Positions 61,951-64,000 of a stretch of DNA of 64,000 nucleotides are shown in pieces. The notes beneath the pieces were generated by a model that made no database searches, was not told where the DNA came from, and saw nothing but the letters and a program-made list of their open reading frames with translations. Source of the DNA: Eledone cirrhosa (taxonomy: Eukaryota); the NCBI GenBank assembly GCA_964016885.1, contig CAXHJY010000105.1:124001-188000 (forward strand). The letters are read 5' to 3'. How positions within the stretch are numbered: position 1 is the first letter of the stretch; every line of letters starts with the position of its first letter. Made by a program: the position numbers and the translations under genes.

Positions 61951-64000
61951 CACTGGTGTGTGTCTGTGTGGTGTGTATATAGTTAGGTTCACTGGTGTGT
62001 GTGTGGTGTGCATATAGTTATGTTCACTGGTGTGTGGTGTGTAGATAGTTAGGTTCACTGGTGTGTGTCTGTGTGTGGTGTATAGATAGTTAGGTTCACT
62101 GGTGTGTGTCTGTGTGTGGTGTGTAGATAGTTAGGTTCACTGGTGTGTGTCTGTGTGGTGTGTATATAGTTAGGTTCACTGGTGTGTGTGTGGTGTGCAT
62201 ATAGTTAGGTTCACTGGTGTGTGTCTGTGTGTGGTGTGTATATAGTTAGGTTCACTGGTGTGTGTCTGTGTGTGGTGTGTATATAGTTAGGTTCACTGGT
62301 GTGTGTCTGTGTGGTGTGTAGATAGTTAGGTTCACTGGTGTGTGTCTGTGTGTGGTGTGTAGATAGTTAGGTTCACTGGTGTGTGTCTGTGTGGTGTGTA
62401 GATAGTTAGGCTCACTGGTGTGTGTCTATCTGTGGTGTGTATATAGTTAGGTTCACTGGTGTGTGTCTGTGTGGTGTGTATATAGTTAGGTTCACTGGTG
62501 TGTGTCTGTGTGTGGTGTGTATATAGTTAGGTTCACTGGTGTGTGTCTGTGTGTGGTGTGTATATAGTTAAGTTCACTGGTGTGTGTCTGTGTGTGGTGT
62601 GTAGATAGTTAGGTTCACTGGTGTGTGTCTGTGTGGTGTGTATATAGTTAGGTTCACTGGTGTATGTCTGTGTGTGGTGTGTATATAGTTAGGCTCACTG
62701 GTGTGTGTCTGTGTGTGGTGTGTATATAGTTACGTTCACTGGTGTGTGTCTGTGTGTGGTGTGTAGATAGTTAGGTTCACTGCTGTGTGTCTGTGTGTGG
62801 TGTGTAGATAGTTAGGTTCACTGGTGTGGGTCTGTGTGGTGTGTGGATAGTTAGGCTCACTGGTGTGTGTCTGTGTGGTGTGTATATAGTTAGGTTCACT
62901 GTTGTGTGTCTGTGTCTGGTGTGTATATAGTTAGGTTCACTGGTGTGTGTCTGTGTGTGGTGTGTATATAGTTAGGTTCACTGGTGTGTGTCTGTGTGGT
63001 GTGTATATAGTTAGGTTCACTGATGTGTGTCTGTGTGTGGTGTGTAGATAGTTAGGTTCACTGGTGTGTGTCTGTGTGTGGTGTGTAGATAGTTAGGTTC
63101 ACTGGTGTGTGTCTGTGTGTGGTGTGTATATAGTTAGGTTCACTGGTGTGTGTCTGTGTGTGGTGTGTATATAGTTAGGTTCACTGGTGTGTGTCTGTGT
63201 GTGGTGTATAGATAGTTAGGTTCACTGGTGTGTGTCTGTGTGTGGTGTGTAGATAGTTAGGTTCACTGGTGTGTGTCTGTGTGGTGTGTATATAGTTAGG
63301 TTCACTGGTGTGTGTGTGGTGTGCATATAGTTAGGTTCACTGGTGTGTGTCTGTGTGTGGTGTGTATATAGTTAGGTTCACTGGTGTGTGTCTGTGTGTG
63401 GTGTGTATATAGTTAGGTTCACTGGTGTGTGTCTGTGTGTGGTGTGTATATAGTTAGGTTCACTGGTGTGTGTCTGCGTGTGGTGTGTATATAGTTAGGT
63501 TCACTGGTGTGTGTCTGTGTGTGGTGTATAGATAGTTAGGTTCACTGGTGTGTGTCTGTGTGTGGTGTGTAGATAGTTAGGTTCACTGGTGTGTGTCTGT
63601 GTGGTGTGTATATAGTTAGGTTCACTGGTGTGTGTGTGGTGTGCATATAGTTATGTTCACTGGTGTGTGGTGTGTAGATAGTTAGGTTCACTGGTGTGTG
63701 TCTGTGTGTGGTGTATAGATAGTTATGTTCACTGTTGTGTGTCTGTGTGTGGTGTGTAGATAGTTAGGTTCACTGGTGTGTGTCTGTGTGGTGTGTATAT
63801 AGTTAGGTTCACTGGTGTGTGTGTGGTGTGCATATAGTTAGGTTCACTGGTGTGTGTCTGTGTGTGGTGTGTATATAGTTAGGTTCACTGGTGTGTGTCT
63901 GTGTGTGGTGTGTATATAGTTAGGTTCACTGGTGTGTGTCTGTGTGGTGTGTAGATAGTTAGGTTCACTGGTGTGTGTCTGTGTGTGGTGTGTAGATAGT
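61910..64000 (+). repeat. Short block repeated at offset 1633 bp (about 61910-62367 and about 63543-64000)
   Basis: GCATATAGTTATGTT followed by a 31-mer occurs at 62011 and 63644. The next GCAT monomer occurs at 62198 and 63831. Confidence 0.75.

Larger units (their letters stand above)
1..64000 (+). repeat. TG-rich tandem satellite/minisatellite array with a 41-bp consensus monomer (CACTGGTGTGTGTCTGTGTGTGGTGTGTATATAGTTAGGTT) and 39/37/35/33/31-bp variants
   Basis: The core TA(T/G)ATAGTTAGGTTCACTGG recurs head-to-tail every 31-41 bp from the first to the last line. Examples: 39-mer at 1-39, 41-mer at 4081-4121, 35-mer at 2731-2765, 33-mer at 45046-45078. No unique interruption or reverse-oriented monomer was seen. 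Confidence 0.99.

Noticed and set aside
1-64000. CRISPR-like layout of a constant core with variable intervening segments
   Set aside because: The intervening segments are all versions of one TG tract rather than unique spacers, the period is too short, and there is no leader or cas gene.
1-64000. Direct telomerase product
   Set aside because: Rare variants are inherited in kb-scale blocks, which indicates DNA-level duplication rather than repeated copying from one RNA template. No tandem (TTAGG)n or (TTAGGG)n run is present.
1-64000. G-quadruplex, Z-DNA or hairpin structures
   Set aside because: There are only three GG doublets per monomer, with long loops. Alternating TG tracts are short and interrupted by GG and CT. 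The near absence of C and A on this strand prevents meaningful stems. Weak Z-DNA potential is possible but cannot be supported as a feature.
1-64000. Ecdysone-response-element-like GGTTCA-C-TGGTGT and TATA-like TATATAG in each monomer
   Set aside because: The right half-site matches the IR1 consensus poorly, and TATATAG lacks any promoter context. Short motifs repeat trivially in a satellite.

Overview
The whole 64 kb window is one uninterrupted, single-orientation tandem repeat (satellite/minisatellite). The consensus monomer is 41 bp, CACTGGTGTGTGTCTGTGTGTGGTGTGTATATAGTTAGGTT, with length variants of 39, 37, 35, 33 and 31 bp. Dividing window length by typical monomer length gives roughly 1,600 copies. 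The array runs off both ends of the window. I see no genes, RNA genes, transposon fragments, CRISPR spacers, unique sequence or inversions. All 16 ORFs in the track are translations of the repeat. The information lies in the order of variant monomers. Rare variants reveal nested duplications at several scales: 107 bp, a 156+41n bp phrase, and blocks offset by 1.4-9.9 kb. Their offsets add up exactly, which allows a partial history of the array to be reconstructed. The + strand is about 80% G+T and each consensus monomer carries TTAGG (TTAGGG in a recurrent variant), so a telomeric or subtelomeric role is possible but unproven. The sequence looks eukaryotic, but the organism cannot be determined. 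I cannot support a claim of a new biological system from this sequence alone. Block boundaries were read by eye and are accurate to about one monomer.
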